From Octopus sinensis (lineage: Eukaryota): a DNA stretch of 53,142 nucleotides. This document shows positions 50,525 to 53,142 of the stretch, one piece after another. The notes under the pieces were generated by a model. The model made no database searches, was not told the DNA's origin, and saw nothing but the letters and a program-made list of their open reading frames with translations. Position 1 is the stretch's first letter. Each line of letters starts with the position of its first letter. Position numbers and translations under genes: made by a program. The stretch spans positions 1-53,142 of the forward strand of contig NW_021833968.1 of assembly GCF_006345805.1 (NCBI RefSeq), given 5' to 3'.

Positions 50525-50793
50525 CAGTAATCCCACGACTATTGCGGGTCTTATGCTCCAAACTCCACCCGCGATGAGTGAAAATCCGCGAAGTAGAAAC
50601 AGTGCAGTACTGTATATTCTTTTATTATTTTTATAATTTGTATATATTTATTTTATCATAAATACAAAACAACACCACAGACTCGCCTCCCAAGTTTCGA
50701 TTTCCATATAGTATGTGCGATTCTTTGTTTATTTATCAACGGCACACTGCGTATTTCCTTTTAATAAATTTTAATTAATGTGTTATACAGTGC

Positions 50794-50800
<7 letters not shown>
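50525..50800 (+). mobile_element. Tigger/pogo-like DNA transposon left end
   Basis: TA|CAGTAATCCCACGACTATTGCGGG..CCCGCGATGAGTGAAAATCCGCGAAGTAG resembles Tigger termini. No matching right TIR is seen. Confidence 0.55.
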
Positions 50801-50890
<90 letters not shown>

Positions 50891-50999
50891 TATTATATAT
50901 ATGTATATATATTATATACAACAGCGTAAGTTTGGGGTTACCGCATGAGTAAAAGTATAAGGGAAAGAATCTGAAAATGCAGGAGTTTTTCTAAAGTAT

Positions 51000-51212
51000 T
51001 TAACTTAACCGGTTTCACTTATTTAAAAAGATTTTCAAAAGTAAAGTACGAGGCTTTGTGTATCTTCTGTGGTGTCATAAATTACTTTGAATAAATGCAT
51101 TCAAATTAAGTGACAGAGTCTTTGACAACGATAAGAAAAAGTTTGGGGATACACAAAGCTTCAAACTTTACTTCGGAAAACCTTTTTCAATAAATGAAAC
51201 CGGTTAAGTTAA
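51000..51212. repeat. ~65-bp-arm inverted repeat
   Basis: TTAACTTAACCGGTTTCA..GCTTTGTGTATC (51000-51065) versus GATACACAAAGC..TGAAACCGGTTAAGTTAA (51148-51212). Confidence 0.9.
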
Positions 51213-51420
51213 CAACAGCAACAACAATAACAACAACAAAACAAAAACAACGACGACGACGACAACAACAGTGATTTCACCGAACTCATGGATGTGATAG
51301 AGCAGCGACAAGATAAATTAAAAATGAAATATAGCGCTGTGTTCGCTGGATTTTAATCGTCCGAGCGATCGGCGGACATTTCAGGTTTCACATTGATTTC
51401 TTTCAATGTTAGCACAAGTC

Positions 51421-51800
51421 TTTTATGTTTTACTTGTTTCAGTCACAAAACATTAGCCATGCTGGGGCACCGCCTTGAAGAATTTTCGTCGGATTAATCA
51501 ACCCCAGTATTTATTCTATCGATCTTTTTGCTGAACAGCTAAGTTACAGGGACGTAAACACACCAATACCAGTTGTCAAGCGGTGGTGGAGAGAAATACA
51601 ACACACAGCACACAGACACACACACACACACACACACACACCACACACACCACACACATATAATACGGGCATCTTTCAGTTTCCATCTTCCAAATTCACT
51701 CACAAGGCTTTATTCAGCCCGAGACTGTAGTAGAAGACACTTGGGACTGAACATGGAACCATGGGGTTAAGAAGCACGCTTCTTGCCACACAGCCAGTCC
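51421..51800 (-). mobile_element. SINE family 1, diverged copy
   Basis: Homologous to 30961-31372. Confidence 0.88.
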
Positions 51801-51914
51801 AGGCAATGGTAACTATTTCTGGAAAACTATATAGTCGATGGTAGTGATGATGATGATAATGAAGTTGTCGCTAGTTGGAATACTGATGTTGTATAGTACT
51901 TACTTTATAAAACT

Positions 51915-52060
51915 TAATCAACTAGTACTTACTATATCAACTTGAGTACCATAAAAGGCAAGTAGCGGAATTTGAACTCAAAATGTCAAGTATCGTAACG
52001 AAATAACACTATGGCATTTTGTTGGTGGTTTTACACCGCTTCTGCCCATCCACCGCCCTC
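51915..52060 (-). mobile_element. Degenerate SINE family 3 copy
   Basis: GCGGAATTTGAACTCAAAATG..ACGAAATA matches 45277-45315. Confidence 0.6.
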
Positions 52061-52216
52061 TTCATAGCCAGAATATTAATAACAGGTTTCTCATGTATTG
52101 TTTACTAGACAGACGTCTCGTTTATCGTTTCATGAAATTTATTGTTATGTCATCTGAATGGCCAACTACAATAACTCTGCTAGTCCATTGTTATTTGGGA
52201 GACATGGAACAAAAGC

Positions 52217-52217
<1 letters not shown>

Positions 52218-52248
<31 letters not shown>

Positions 52249-52688
52249 TGTATGTATGTATGTATGTATGTATGTATGTATGTATGTATGCTTGTTTGTT
52301 TGTTTGTATGTATGTATGTGTGTATGTATGTATGTATGTGTGTATGTATTTAGGTATGTGTGTATGTATGCATATACATACATATATTATTTCTGTGGGC
52401 AGGTGTATTTCTGTATGTGTCTATAATATATATATATATTATATTATATATATATATATATAATTAAATATATATATATATAAAAATATAAATGTAAATA
52501 TAAATATAAATATATATATATATTTATTATATACATATATATATACATACATACATATTATAACACACTCATATATATATATACATAATACACTCACCCA
52601 CACACATTATATATATATATGAGTTTATATGTGCGCATATATATTAATAGGCATATCTCTCTCTATATATGCATGTATAGGTGTATAT

Positions 52689-52734
<46 letters not shown>

Positions 52735-52808
52735 TATATATATACATATATATAACATACATACGATATATATATATGCATATATATATATATATATATA
52801 TGTTATAT

Positions 52809-52841
<33 letters not shown>

Positions 52842-52845
52842 ATGT
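52218..52845. repeat. (TATG)n/(TA)n
   Basis: Visible repeat. Confidence 0.96.
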
Positions 52846-53142
52846 TTATGCAAAAACATACGCACGCATACACGTATATACAAAAGCAACATAAGCACAT
52901 CCACCATCACCCCAACAATAAAAAAACAACAGAAATCACGCCAAAAATCACCACCACCACGTAATACACGCACAAACACAGACATGCACGTGAACATATA
53001 TTTACATACATATGTACAAATCTACACATAGATAAATACAAAGCTCTATGCATGTATATTGTCATGTCGGCGTCTGCGCATGCGCGACTGTGTGTGCATG
53101 TGAATTTTGGTGTTTTCATGTGAAAGCTATGTAAAATTGACA

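Overview
This is an AT-rich, microsatellite-saturated eukaryotic region, intergenic or intronic, with no recognisable host protein-coding exon. The repeat content resembles an Octopus (coleoid cephalopod) genome; that is inference from recalled repeat families. Most ORFs in the track are simple-repeat translations. Mobile elements: a full-length but dead mariner (12829-14098, 37-bp TIRs, TA TSDs) plus a second mariner remnant; a 317-bp solo LTR with a CTAC TSD inside a SINE; several tRNA-derived SINE families; RTE and CR1-type LINE 3' ends; Helitron, hAT and Tigger termini; and a Penelope-like (PLE) GIY-YIG fragment. Three points stand out. (1) There are at least six minimal hammerhead-ribozyme motifs plus three decayed ones, mostly beside (TA)n or inside fold-back inverted repeats; the one at 2081-2123 is intact and one lies inside a ~750-bp inverted-repeat-bounded element. 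(2) Restriction-like-endonuclease (RLE, R4/Dong-like) LINEs fall into two microsatellite niches: head-to-tail stacks in (TAA)n, which also hold a non-coding ~550-bp passenger retroposon, and a separate lineage tied to (CATA)n. (3) A cryptic ~3.3-kb decayed 19-bp satellite spans 43.15-46.48 kb. All coordinates and alignments were read by eye.
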